Assembly: GCA_038046085.1 (NCBI GenBank)
Contig: JBBSWW010000003.1
Span: 1-63,168, forward strand
Direction of reading: 5' to 3'
DNA from: Nanobdellota archaeon
Lineage (GTDB): Archaea > Nanobdellota > Nanobdellia > SCGC-AAA011-G17 > GW2011-AR18
DNA length: 63,168 nucleotides
In this document: piece after piece, positions 47,348 through 57,603 of the stretch
Numbering within the stretch: position 1 is the stretch's first letter
Layout of the letters: every line of letters begins with the position of its first letter
Program-made: the position numbers and the translations under genes
Notes under the pieces: generated by a model
What the model saw: only the letters and a program-made list of their open reading frames with translations
Told to the model about the DNA's origin: nothing
The model's database searches: none

Positions 47348-47947
47348 ATGATATTAGATGTCCCATTCTATCCAGGAAAGAAGTATTATTGTGCTCAAGA
47401 TTGTGCTTTAATGGTTTTGAAATATTACTATCCAGAAAAAGAGTTTGATATTGAAGAAATTTCTAAAAAATCAGTAAAACATGAAGAATATGGAACTATG
47501 ACAATAGGATTATCTAAAGCATTAAAAGAATATAGATTAAGTGTTGAGTTTAATTATAAAACTGGAGAAGAAATGAGTGAAAAAGATAAAAAAGAATTCT
47601 TAGAAAAATATGAAGAATTCTTAAATAAAGAAAAAGATATAAGAAAAGAGGCAGAAAAAATAGGAGTAAAAATAAAAGAGAAAGATTTTACATTAAATGA
47701 ATTAAAGAAAGCAATAGATGATAATAAAGTAATTATTAGTTTAATAAATTGGAATGTATTATCTAAAAAAGAAGGATATCAAGGACATTTTGTAGTAATA
47801 ACAGGATATGATGAAAAATATGTCTATAGCCATAATCCAGGACCAAACTATCCTGAGAAAAACATGAATATCACTATAGAAATGATGGAAAAAGCAAGAA
47901 GTTATCTTGGAACAAATAAAGAAACAATTATTATATCTAAACCTTAA
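47348..47947 (+). CDS. C39-like papain-fold peptidase domain protein
   Basis: YYCAQDCALMVLKYY (Cys region) and GHFVVITGYD (His region), separated by a Lys/Glu-rich insert. Confidence 0.5.
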   Translation: MILDVPFYPGKKYYCAQDCALMVLKYYYPEKEFDIEEISKKSVKHEEYGTMTIGLSKALKEYRLSVEFNYKTGEEMSEKDKKEFLEKYEEFLNKEKDIRKEAEKIGVKIKEKDFTLNELKKAIDDNKVIISLINWNVLSKKEGYQGHFVVITGYDEKYVYSHNPGPNYPEKNMNITIEMMEKARSYLGTNKETIIISKP

Positions 47948-47986
47948 TAAGAAAAACTTATAACTGAGTAATATAATTTCTAAAGT

Positions 47987-49162
47987 ATGTTTGAAACAAT
48001 ATTAAAAGAGATAAAGCCAACAAAAAAAGAGGAACAAGAATTAAATTCTAAAGTTGAAATATTCTTAAAAACATTAAATAGTAATCTAAAAGAAGGAAAG
48101 ATAGTTGTTGGAGGAAGTTTTGCAAAAGGAACCTGGCTAAGAGGACAACATGATCTAGATATATTTGTACAATATCCAAATGAAGATAAAATATCTGATA
48201 AACTTGAAAATGCTATAAAGAAAAGCTTTAGAAAATATGAAAGAATACATGGATCAAGAGATTATTTCATAATAGAATTTGAAAAAATGATATTTGAGGT
48301 AATACCAGTATTAAAAATAAAAAACTCAATAGAAGCAAAAAATATAACTGATATAAGCCCGTTACATGTAGAATGGGTAAATAAAAACTTAACAGACAAA
48401 ATGAAAGATGATGTAAGAATAGCCAAACATTTTTCTAAAGCTAATAAATTCTACGGAGCTGAGACATTCATCAAAGGATTACATGGATATGTACTAGAGA
48501 TACTAATATATCATTACGGATCATTCCTGAATATGGTAAAAAATGTCTCTAAATGGAGAAAAAACATGCTAATAAATTTTGGAAAAAATGAATTCTATTC
48601 AGCACAACAATTCCCATTAACCTTAATAGATCCTGTAAATCCAAAAAGAAATGCTACAGCATCATTATCAGAGGAAAAACTAGAATTATTTATAAAAATC
48701 TGCAAAGAATTCAATAAAAATAAATCATTAAAATATTTCAAAGAGAAAGAAATAAATGAAAATAAATATAATCTAATAATAGAAGCTGAAGCATTAGAAG
48801 GATCAAGAGATGTAGCAGGAACAAAAATACTGAAAGCACATGAACATATAAAATATAAATTAACAAATGATGGATATGAAATAAAAAATATAGAATTTGA
48901 ATTCAAAGATAGAGGAAAATTATATTATAATCTAAAAAATAAAACATTACCAAAATATAAAAAACATTATGGTCCACCAATAACAATGATTGAAGGATTA
49001 GAAAATTTCAAGAAAAAGTATGGAAAATACAAGATTGAAAACGGAAAATCATATGTAATCTTAATCAATAAGAACAATAAATTAGAAGAATATGTTAAAA
49101 AAATAATAAAAGATGAAGAAGTGAAAAACAGAGTAAAGAAAATAAAGATATTAAACGTGTAA
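47987..49162 (+). CDS. cca: CCA-adding enzyme (class I tRNA nucleotidyltransferase)
   Basis: GGSFAKGTWLRGQHDLDIFV nucleotidyltransferase motif. Archaeal layout, 391 aa. Confidence 0.85.
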   Translation: MFETILKEIKPTKKEEQELNSKVEIFLKTLNSNLKEGKIVVGGSFAKGTWLRGQHDLDIFVQYPNEDKISDKLENAIKKSFRKYERIHGSRDYFIIEFEKMIFEVIPVLKIKNSIEAKNITDISPLHVEWVNKNLTDKMKDDVRIAKHFSKANKFYGAETFIKGLHGYVLEILIYHYGSFLNMVKNVSKWRKNMLINFGKNEFYSAQQFPLTLIDPVNPKRNATASLSEEKLELFIKICKEFNKNKSLKYFKEKEINENKYNLIIEAEALEGSRDVAGTKILKAHEHIKYKLTNDGYEIKNIEFEFKDRGKLYYNLKNKTLPKYKKHYGPPITMIEGLENFKKKYGKYKIENGKSYVILINKNNKLEEYVKKIIKDEEVKNRVKKIKILNV

Positions 49163-49822
49163 AACCTGTCTTGTCGCCATAATCATCCTATCTATATAAT
49201 TCTCAAAAAGAGATTTCCTTTCATATAAACTTCCAGAGATGTAACTTTCAAGATTAGGACATTCTATAGTATTAACTGATGAATCAACTAATTCTTGGTA
49301 TCTTGGAAAGATATAATTCCTAATGTCTGTAATAAAAACAACAGCAAGTTCACGGCATAATTTTTCTATCTCAAGTTTGATTGCTTTCTTATTATCACTT
49401 AAATTTATATTTTGAACTATCAATCTGTCACCTCTAAACATACGTTCTAAGTCTCTATTTGCATATGGGATTAACATATTATTTTTCATCTTTGAAAATA
49501 TATCCTTTATATTTCTGTCATTATATCTAGCAATCTTATTATAAACATCATTATTGAAACGTACAGCAATACCAGTCCTTCCATACTTATTTCTTATAAG
49601 TTCACAAAGATTAATAATTTTTATTTCTAAATCCTTAATACCATTCTTCTTTCTTTCCCTAACCATAACAATCAAGTTCCTAAAATTTAAAAGAAGTTCA
49701 CGAATCTCAGATGAACTCTTAAGAGAATCCAATTCTTCAAGAACATTAATAATTCTGGTAGTTCCTTCTATATCAATACCGATAAATCTTATTACATCAC
49801 CATCTTTTAGTAGTTTTAGCAT
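49151..49822 (-). CDS. hypothetical protein co-oriented with pepF
   Basis: 223-aa ORF starting 1 nt after the pepF stop. No motif. Confidence 0.5.
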   Translation of the reverse strand: MLKLLKDGDVIRFIGIDIEGTTRIINVLEELDSLKSSSEIRELLLNFRNLIVMVRERKKNGIKDLEIKIINLCELIRNKYGRTGIAVRFNNDVYNKIARYNDRNIKDIFSKMKNNMLIPYANRDLERMFRGDRLIVQNINLSDNKKAIKLEIEKLCRELAVVFITDIRNYIFPRYQELVDSSVNTIECPNLESYISGSLYERKSLFENYIDRMIMATRQVLHV

Positions 49823-49823
49823 T

Positions 49824-51599
49824 TTATTTAGTCAATACTTCAAGTTCATCAATCATACTATTAATAACAACAAAGCCCTGATCCCAAAACTTTTCAGATT
49901 CTAAGTCAATGTTTAATTCTTTACAGATCTCAGAAGGTTTCTTAGAACCACCATAAGATAAGAACTTAATATATTTAGGAACAAAAGACTTACCTTCTTT
50001 CTTATACATCTGATATAAAGCTAAAGTTAACAGATTACCGAAACTATAAGCGTAACAATAGAAAGGGGTTGCGAAAATATGGGGGATATAAGACCATTCT
50101 AGACTAAAGTTATCACTCACATCCATAGAGTCTCCAAACATCTCTTTAAGATTTTTAGAATAAATCTCAGAAATCTTGTCTATATTTGCACCTTCATCAA
50201 CTGCTTTATGCGCTTCCATTTCAAATAAAATAAAAAATGCTTGTCTAAGGACTGTAGCATATATATCGTCTAATTTAGAGGCTAAAAGTGCTTGCTTGTT
50301 TTTATTATTATCTTCTTTTTCTAAAAGCTTATCAGATAAAATCATCTCTCCAAAAACAGAAGCAGTCTCTGCAAGTATTAAAGGAGGGTGAGACAATAAA
50401 GTTGGAACATTATGAGTCAATAAATCATGAACTCCATGTCCTAATTCATGAGCTAAAGTACTAACGTCCCTCTCTTTTCCTGTAAAACTTATAAAAACAT
50501 AAGGGGTAATCTCAGGATGAATATCATAACAATAAGCTCCCCCTTTCTTTGAATCAGAGACTAAAGAGTGTATGTGTTCTTCATCTATTATCTTTGAAGC
50601 TAATTTTGCCATATCAGGAGAGAATTCATTATAACATGATAGAACCATCTTGACAGCTTCATCATATGAAATATTTTTTTCTTTAACTGTAATAGGAGCA
50701 TAAATATCATATCTTGTTAATTTTTTCATACCTAAAAGTTTAGCTTTTAATCTGAAATACCTATGAAAAACTTTACTATTCTTTTTAACAGAATTAAGCA
50801 TAGCATTAACTGCTTTATCACTAATATTATTACTTAAGTTTCTAGGCGAGATATAACTTTTATAATCTCTTAATTTCAAAGATTCATTTTTCCAGTCAGT
50901 AAGAATTGCCTTATATATTTCACCTATAACATCTTTATTATCTGCATATTTCTTAAGCAAAGCATCATATGAACTTTTTCTTTCTTCTGCTTTTGGGCTT
51001 CTAATGTATTTTGATAATTCACTATAATTCATCTTCTTTAATTTACCATCAACTTCGAATTCATAGACGAAACTTGTTGTAATCATATTATACAGATTAT
51101 TAAGAACAGATGAACCAGTTATGTCTTTGATATTAATTACCTTTTCCTCTTTTTCAGATAGAGTGTGAGGTTTCTGCAATCTTAATTTTTCAAAATAATA
51201 TTTATAATCTTTAGATTCTTTAATAATTCTATCAGCATTATTATCATCTAATTGCTTGAACCATAAACTGAAAAATATAATCCTATTAGAGACATCTGCT
51301 CCTAACTGACTAATCTTATTCTGCAAAGTTCTTGCATCCTGAGACTTTGTATCAGTAGAGAACCACATATATGAATAAGCACCAAGTCTTGAACAAATTT
51401 TTTCAACTTCCTCAATATCCTTTATTATCTGTAAAACTTTCTCAGAACTAATATTATTAGTTAATTTACTTTTAGAAGATTCAACTTTTTTTACTTTACT
51501 ATCTAGATCAGCAAGAACAGAATCAAACTCCTTACCTTCGTGAGATTTCAATAAATCCTTAAGATTCCATGAAGATTCCTTATACACTATTTTTTGCAT
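49824..51599 (-). CDS. pepF: oligoendopeptidase F (M3B)
   Basis: HELGHGVH zinc motif. 591 aa. Confidence 0.85.
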   Translation of the reverse strand: MQKIVYKESSWNLKDLLKSHEGKEFDSVLADLDSKVKKVESSKSKLTNNISSEKVLQIIKDIEEVEKICSRLGAYSYMWFSTDTKSQDARTLQNKISQLGADVSNRIIFFSLWFKQLDDNNADRIIKESKDYKYYFEKLRLQKPHTLSEKEEKVINIKDITGSSVLNNLYNMITTSFVYEFEVDGKLKKMNYSELSKYIRSPKAEERKSSYDALLKKYADNKDVIGEIYKAILTDWKNESLKLRDYKSYISPRNLSNNISDKAVNAMLNSVKKNSKVFHRYFRLKAKLLGMKKLTRYDIYAPITVKEKNISYDEAVKMVLSCYNEFSPDMAKLASKIIDEEHIHSLVSDSKKGGAYCYDIHPEITPYVFISFTGKERDVSTLAHELGHGVHDLLTHNVPTLLSHPPLILAETASVFGEMILSDKLLEKEDNNKNKQALLASKLDDIYATVLRQAFFILFEMEAHKAVDEGANIDKISEIYSKNLKEMFGDSMDVSDNFSLEWSYIPHIFATPFYCYAYSFGNLLTLALYQMYKKEGKSFVPKYIKFLSYGGSKKPSEICKELNIDLESEKFWDQGFVVINSMIDELEVLTK

Positions 51600-51638
51600 A
51601 TCATTAAAGAAATAATTTTAATTATAAAGTTTATGGAT

Positions 51639-51911
51639 TTACTTCTTAACATAAACTGCTACATGATTGCCTGAATTTAATTCCTTTCCTGAAGAATCAT
51701 AAGCTTGTTCTAATCTTACTTCTGAATAGAGTTTTTGATATTCATCTCTAACTTTTTAACTATGAGGTATTATCTCTGTCCTATTTCCAGCGCCACTGAT
51801 TCCTGGAAAACCTTGAGCAAGTTCATGATCTGCCACCGAAACATTTCTCAAAAATTTAAATCCTTCTTCAGATAATCTCTTGTCCAATGAAGCTTTTGTA
51901 TCTTTATCCAT
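51639..51911 (-). pseudogene. 90-codon reading frame interrupted by in-frame TAA (or a 51-aa ORF plus remnant)
   Basis: MDKDTKASLDKRLSEEGFKFLRNVSVADHELAQGFPGISGAGNRTEIIPHS*KVRDEYQKLYSEVRLEQAYDSSGKELNSGNHVAVYVKK*. TAA at 51756..51758. Confidence 0.35.
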
Positions 51912-51978
51912 ATTTTTTAAGAGTTATTAAACTTTAAAAGATTTATTATTATATAATATGCTGTAATAAAGTATAAAT

Positions 51979-52428
51979 ATGAGAAAATACTTTAATTTTA
52001 TAATGGGAAAAATAGATGCTAAGTTTCTTGTAAGAAGAGAAGAATTAAGTGATTTTATTGAACAAAATAACATTCCAACTGAAGAACAAATATCATTATT
52101 TATAGCTACAGCAATGTATTTTCAAGATAAAGGAGTTGTTAATGGAGAAAATTATTTATGGGTTTATGAATCAAGAGATGGATCTGAATTAGTTTTAGCA
52201 AATGCTGATGGAAAGCTTGCAAGACATATGGGCGAGGCAATGGGATTTGTAGGTCATAAAAATGATGCTTTAGATCCTAAAGATGAGAGATTAAGATTTC
52301 ATAGATATGAAAGAATACAGATAAAATATAATGAACGTCATTTAATAACATATGATCAAATCTATAGGTATAATCGTACACTTGGAGAAAGAACATCTTT
52401 ATTAAAACTTCAACCAAAACATTTATAA
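51979..52428 (+). CDS. hypothetical protein
   Basis: 149-aa ORF with no motif. Confidence 0.45.
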   Translation: MRKYFNFIMGKIDAKFLVRREELSDFIEQNNIPTEEQISLFIATAMYFQDKGVVNGENYLWVYESRDGSELVLANADGKLARHMGEAMGFVGHKNDALDPKDERLRFHRYERIQIKYNERHLITYDQIYRYNRTLGERTSLLKLQPKHL

Positions 52429-52454
52429 AGTTCCAGACTTGTAAAATATTAAAG

Positions 52455-53135
52455 ATGAATATTCTTGAAGAGGTAAGTGATAAGAAAATGTTTGACAAAT
52501 CAATGTTAAAAACAACTGGAACAACAACTCTAGGTATGGTCTGTAAAGATGGAATAGTAATAGCTGCAGATAGAAAAATGACATTAGGTGGGCAGATTGT
52601 TTCTAGTAAAAAGTTTGAGAAAGCAATAATATTATCAGATGATATAGCAATAACAATAGCAGGATTAGTATCAGATGCACAATTATTAGTAAGATTAATC
52701 AAAGCACAGATAAAATTAGATGAACTGAAGAAAGGAAAAAAATTAAAAATAAGAGAAGTAGCAAACATGTTAGCAAATCTAGTATATGCTAATGTAAGAA
52801 AATATTCAACAATCCAAGGAATAACAGGATTCTTATTAGGCGGAAAAGACCATGAAGGATTCTATTTATATGAGATGGGAATGGATGGATCATTAACAAA
52901 ATTCGATGATTATGTAACAGATGGATCAGGAATGTTATTTGCAACAGGAGTATTAGAAGCAAATTACAAAGAAGATATGACAATAGAAGAGGGAGTTAAA
53001 TTAGCCATAAAAGCAGTAACAGCTTCAATGCAGAGAGATACAGCATCCGGAGCAGGAATGGATGTTATAACTATAACAAAGGAAGGAACTAAGAGAGTAT
53101 TTTCAAAACAATTAGATAATAAATTTGTAGCTTAG
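52455..53135 (+). CDS. psmB: proteasome subunit beta
   Basis: Propeptide then TTTLGMVCKDGIVIAADRK (Thr1). GSG region TDGSGMLFA. Confidence 0.9.
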   Translation: MNILEEVSDKKMFDKSMLKTTGTTTLGMVCKDGIVIAADRKMTLGGQIVSSKKFEKAIILSDDIAITIAGLVSDAQLLVRLIKAQIKLDELKKGKKLKIREVANMLANLVYANVRKYSTIQGITGFLLGGKDHEGFYLYEMGMDGSLTKFDDYVTDGSGMLFATGVLEANYKEDMTIEEGVKLAIKAVTASMQRDTASGAGMDVITITKEGTKRVFSKQLDNKFVA

Positions 53136-53167
53136 GGATATAGATTTTATTTTCTTATATTAAAAAA

Positions 53168-56100
53168 ATGGTAAAGATAATTGACGAAGTAAACAAGTAT
53201 TTGCCGCAAGATGCGAATATAACAGAGACAGTATTTGAGGGAGCAAACATAGTCCTCTATACAAAGAACAAGAAATTCTTATTAGACAATCAAGGAGTAA
53301 TAAAACAGATAGTTGACAATATAAAGAAACGTGTAGAGTTAAGAGCAGATCCATCAATAGTACTGGACATAGAGGATACTAAGGAATTAATCAAGAAAAC
53401 AATATCAGCAGAGGCAGGAGAGACAGAGATAATATTTGATGTTTCAAGATCAAGAGTAATAATAGAGGCAGAAAAACCAGGAATAGCAATAGGAAAAGGT
53501 GGAGATGTATTAAAAGAGATAAAAGCAAAGACTTTCTGGACACCAATAGTAAGAAGAATACCACCAATAAGATCACAATTATTAGAGAACATAAGACAGG
53601 TATTATATGATCATTCAGAATACAGAAAAAAATTCCTTAACAAAGTAGGAAAGAGAATCTATGAAGGGTGGACAAAAACTAAAAGAGATGAATGGATAAG
53701 ATTAACTTGTCTTGGAAGTGCAAGAGAGGTAGGAAGAAGCTGTTTCTTAATACAGACACCAGAATCAACAATAATGTTAGACTGTGGATTTAATGTAGCA
53801 GCACCAAGAGAGTTTGCATTCCCATATTTAGATGTTCCAGAATTCAATATACAAGAATTAGATGCAGTAATATTAAGCCATCCACATATTGATCATTGCG
53901 GAACATTACCTTACTTATACAAAATGGGATACAGAGGACCTGTTTATTGCACAGCACCAACAAGAGATGTAGCAGCATTATTATGTCTAGATATGAGTGA
54001 TATAGCAATGAAAGAGGGAAATGATCCATTATATGATACAGGAGATGTAAAAGAGATGGTGAAACATACTATCTGCTTAGATTATGGAGAGGTAGCTGAT
54101 ATAACACCAGATATGAGATTAACATTGTACAATGCAGGACATAACCTAGGAAGTGCTATGGTACACCTGCATATAGGAAATGGATTACACAATTTCTTGT
54201 ATTCATTAGATGCAAGCACTAAAATTACATTAATAGATCCAGAAAATAATACACAATTTATTGGAATAGGAGACTTTATAGATAAACAATTTGAGGAAAA
54301 AAATGGGTTAATAATAGATAATGGGTTTGTACAAGAAAAAGCAAATACAAAAGGATATGCTACAATTGCTTTTAATAAAAAAACATTAAAAAATGAAATA
54401 GTAAATATAACAAGTTTTGTAAGACATCCAATAAATGAAGAATTATATGAAATAAAAACAGAGAGTGGAAGATCAGTAAAAGTTACAAAATCACATAGTT
54501 TATTTACAGCAAAAGATGGAAAAATACTTCCTGCAGAAGTCTCAAAATTAAAAACTGGAGATTTCATAGTAGGATCAAAAAAAATACCATCATTAAATGT
54601 TAATGAACCTATAATAGATTTAATGCCTTATTCAAAAGAACTAAGAATAAAAATCGAAGATGATGCATACATAAATAATCTTATAATCAAACATGAAGCT
54701 GAATTTTCTAAATTAGAAAACAATGATAAATTAATAGTTAAAAGTGTGTTGTTTGATTATTATAAAGGTAATTATATAAAAGATATAAGAAATAAATATA
54801 AAATACACCCAAGAAGGATAAATAGAATCTTTAAACAATTAGGATTAAAAACTCATCCAAGAGTAAAGGATTCATTGCCTGATAAAGTAAGAATAACAAA
54901 GGACTTTGCAAGATTCTTAGGATATTATATCTCAGAAGGATGGCCAAATACTAAAGACCAAACAGTAGCTGTATCAAATACTAATAAAGAAATACTAGAA
55001 GATTGTTATAACATAATAAAAAAAGAATTCGGAATTGAAGGAGATCTTAGATATCAAGATGATGTTGTATTATTTACTTCTAAACAATTAAAATCATTGT
55101 TAAGTAATGTATTAAAATGTGGAAAAGATGCTTACACAAAAAGAATACCTAAAGAGTTATTATTAACAAATAGAGATGTGCAATCAGACTTGTTATATGG
55201 TCTATTTTCAGGAGATGGTGGGATAAGAGTAAGAGAAAAAGGAAGAGAGATAAACTATGCTAGTAAATCAAAAGGTCTAATAGAGGATATTAATTTTATA
55301 TTACTACAATTTGGAATAGTACCAACAATAGAATTTAATAAGACTTCAGAAATGAATAATCTGCATATTTATAATAAAGAAAAAATTGCTGAATTCTTGA
55401 GTGAAATAAATATAAATAACTCACAGAACACACAGTTAGTAGAGTCATTACTATCATTAAAACAAAATAAGGCAAGTTTTGATATGAGAATACCAATAAG
55501 TGCACTATCACAAACCATACAAAATGATATTTCAAAAACACCATGGCAAAATGCAGAAAGCTGTGGTATACAAAAATTAGAAAATGAAAATTTAACAGAA
55601 GATGACTTAAAGTTAATAAATTCTGATCTGATGTTTGATAAAATAAAATCTATTAAACAAGTAGAATCTACAGGAAAATATGTATATGACCTAAGAGTAG
55701 ATGGATATGAAAATTTCTTAGGCGGAGATGGATTCTTATTTATGCATAATACAGGAGATTTCAATTATGAGACATCTAATTTGTTAAGTTCTTCAGAATC
55801 AAAATTCCCAAGAGTGGAATCAGTAATGATGGAATCAACATACGGAACAAAACAAGATAATAGTCCATCAAGAAAAGAGAGCGAAGATGATTTAATAAGA
55901 ATAATAAATGAGACAGCAACAGCTGGAGGAAAGGTATTGATGCCAGTATTAGGAGTTGGAAGATCACAAGAGTGCATGCTGATATTAGAGAGAGCAATGG
56001 AAGAGAAGAAAATACCGCAGATGCCAATATATGTGCAGGGAATGGTATGGGATGTTACTGCGTTACATACAGCATATCCAGACTTCTTAAGCAACAGAGT

Positions 56101-56620
56101 AAAGAAAGGAATATTCCAACGTGATCATAATCCATTTTTAAGTCCAATATTCAAGAAAGTAATATCACAAAAAGAGATGGCAGAAATCAAAGAGGGAAAA
56201 GGACCATACGTAGTAATGGCAACATCAGGAATGTTACAAGGAGGACCATCACTAGAATACTTGAAAGCATTTGCTGAGAATCCTAAAAATTGTGTAGTGT
56301 TAACATCATATCAAGGTGTTGGTAGTATTGGAAGAAGATTACAGGATGGAGAGAAAGAATTGACTTTTACTTATGGCGGATCTAAAAGAATGGAAACAAT
56401 CAAGATTAATTTGCCAATATATACATTATCAGGATTTTCAGGACATAGTAACTTTAAACAATTAGTATCATGGGTAAAGAATATAGAACCAAAACCTAAA
56501 AAGTTCATTACAATACATGGAGATTATTCAAGATGCATAGAATTAGCTTCAGTAATATACCAACAGAACAGAGTAGAGACAGTAGCTCCTAAGAATCTAG
56601 AGACAATAAGATTGAGATAA
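53168..56620 (+). CDS. aCPSF1: aCPSF1 (KH-KH-metallo-beta-lactamase-beta-CASP RNase) carrying an intein
   Basis: KH GxxG GIAIGKGGDV, SHPHIDHCG, AGHNLGSAMVHLHIGNGLHNFLY | intein | TGDFNYE, ESTYG, GHS, HGD. The host part is 634 aa. Confidence 0.9.
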   Translation: MVKIIDEVNKYLPQDANITETVFEGANIVLYTKNKKFLLDNQGVIKQIVDNIKKRVELRADPSIVLDIEDTKELIKKTISAEAGETEIIFDVSRSRVIIEAEKPGIAIGKGGDVLKEIKAKTFWTPIVRRIPPIRSQLLENIRQVLYDHSEYRKKFLNKVGKRIYEGWTKTKRDEWIRLTCLGSAREVGRSCFLIQTPESTIMLDCGFNVAAPREFAFPYLDVPEFNIQELDAVILSHPHIDHCGTLPYLYKMGYRGPVYCTAPTRDVAALLCLDMSDIAMKEGNDPLYDTGDVKEMVKHTICLDYGEVADITPDMRLTLYNAGHNLGSAMVHLHIGNGLHNFLYSLDASTKITLIDPENNTQFIGIGDFIDKQFEEKNGLIIDNGFVQEKANTKGYATIAFNKKTLKNEIVNITSFVRHPINEELYEIKTESGRSVKVTKSHSLFTAKDGKILPAEVSKLKTGDFIVGSKKIPSLNVNEPIIDLMPYSKELRIKIEDDAYINNLIIKHEAEFSKLENNDKLIVKSVLFDYYKGNYIKDIRNKYKIHPRRINRIFKQLGLKTHPRVKDSLPDKVRITKDFARFLGYYISEGWPNTKDQTVAVSNTNKEILEDCYNIIKKEFGIEGDLRYQDDVVLFTSKQLKSLLSNVLKCGKDAYTKRIPKELLLTNRDVQSDLLYGLFSGDGGIRVREKGREINYASKSKGLIEDINFILLQFGIVPTIEFNKTSEMNNLHIYNKEKIAEFLSEININNSQNTQLVESLLSLKQNKASFDMRIPISALSQTIQNDISKTPWQNAESCGIQKLENENLTEDDLKLINSDLMFDKIKSIKQVESTGKYVYDLRVDGYENFLGGDGFLFMHNTGDFNYETSNLLSSSESKFPRVESVMMESTYGTKQDNSPSRKESEDDLIRIINETATAGGKVLMPVLGVGRSQECMLILERAMEEKKIPQMPIYVQGMVWDVTALHTAYPDFLSNRVKKGIFQRDHNPFLSPIFKKVISQKEMAEIKEGKGPYVVMATSGMLQGGPSLEYLKAFAENPKNCVVLTSYQGVGSIGRRLQDGEKELTFTYGGSKRMETIKINLPIYTLSGFSGHSNFKQLVSWVKNIEPKPKKFITIHGDYSRCIELASVIYQQNRVETVAPKNLETIRLR
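54203..55750 (+). mobile_element. 516-aa intein with LAGLIDADG homing endonuclease domain
   Basis: Starts SLDASTKITL (Ser1). Block B VKVTKSHSL. LAGLIDADG motifs FLGYYISEGW and LLYGLFSGDGG. Ends VYDLRVDGYENFLGGDGFLFMHN, followed by Thr+1. Confidence 0.85.
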
Positions 56621-56702
56621 GTCTCTAGTGTTTATACTACCCTGAATATAATATTCTTTTTAGAAAACTTAAAAAGGAAACACACTCTGTAATTAGATGT
56701 TC

Positions 56703-57362
56703 TTATTTAAACTTTCCATCGCCTAAATTTTGATATACTTCTGTTGTTCTTGTATATGCATCTATTTTATCATCTATATTGTGAAAAACTTTGAAAGCAA
56801 GGAATTGTGCTGAATATACATCATATAATTTTCTTGCTGTTGATTCATCAACTTCAGCTGGATTAAATTCTAGTTTTCCATCTCTATTTTTTATTTTAAT
56901 ATTAGTATTATTTTGATTATCCTGAATATCCAGCTGTAGTTCTCCAATTCTGTACCAAATAATAATGCTTGATTCATCAGTTATTGAATTATTAGCTCCA
57001 TTTCTAATCATTAATAGCTGATATATACCCAAACCACTAATGTTTTTAACCTCAAAATTGTAGTCTGTCCTTCTTTCTCCTTCTTTCTCCTTTAGGTTTG
57101 TCTTATATTGAAAACCTACTTTGTTAGCAAGGTTATGATAAACTCTTTGTTCTGCAATTTCACTTGCTCTAGAAAAAAGCTCCGGAATATCTAATCCTCT
57201 ATTGTGATTTGTAGTTAAATGGAAATCTACTAAGCTTATAGATGCGTTCTTTCTATAAAGCTCCTCTACTTTTTCCTCTATACTTCTAGCTGTTAAAAAA
57301 TATGATGCTAATCCGCCTAAAATTGCTCCTAAGCCTGCAACAATTACTGTTTTTCTTTCCAT
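56703..57362 (-). CDS. hypothetical membrane-anchored protein
   Basis: N-terminal TM TVIVAGLGAILGGLASYFL. 219 aa. Confidence 0.5.
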   Translation of the reverse strand: MERKTVIVAGLGAILGGLASYFLTARSIEEKVEELYRKNASISLVDFHLTTNHNRGLDIPELFSRASEIAEQRVYHNLANKVGFQYKTNLKEKEGERRTDYNFEVKNISGLGIYQLLMIRNGANNSITDESSIIIWYRIGELQLDIQDNQNNTNIKIKNRDGKLEFNPAEVDESTARKLYDVYSAQFLAFKVFHNIDDKIDAYTRTTEVYQNLGDGKFK

Positions 57363-57603
57363 AATAAATTACTATAATGAATAGTCTTTTAAATTTAACT
57401 ACTGGATAGTTTAGAGAAAATTTAGAGGAAGAATTGTATTGTATTATTAATGTCTGTTAAATCCTAGGAAGTTTTCCAACGTTAATCTTGTTTTGGTCAT
57501 TAAACTTGTTTTATTGTAATATAATCAATCCCTATTAATAATCTCTTCAACAGAACCGTGGGCTTAGAGAAATCCTTAAAAGTGTTATTAACACTAGAAT
57601 TAT

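Noticed and set aside
52277-52768. 163-aa minus-strand ORF, and others antisense to psmB/aCPSF1 (52789..52983, 53160..53357, 53290..53592, 53391..53576, 53659..53847, 53844..54029, 54082..54567, 55335..55544, 55369..55764, 55765..56094, 55776..56027)
   Set aside because: They are shadows of strongly supported + strand genes, with hydrophobic low-complexity translations.
57363-57603. Long 241-nt intergenic region as a possible ncRNA or small gene
   Set aside because: It contains only tiny ORFs (under 12 codons) and no convincing stem-loops or box motifs. It is most simply a divergent promoter region.
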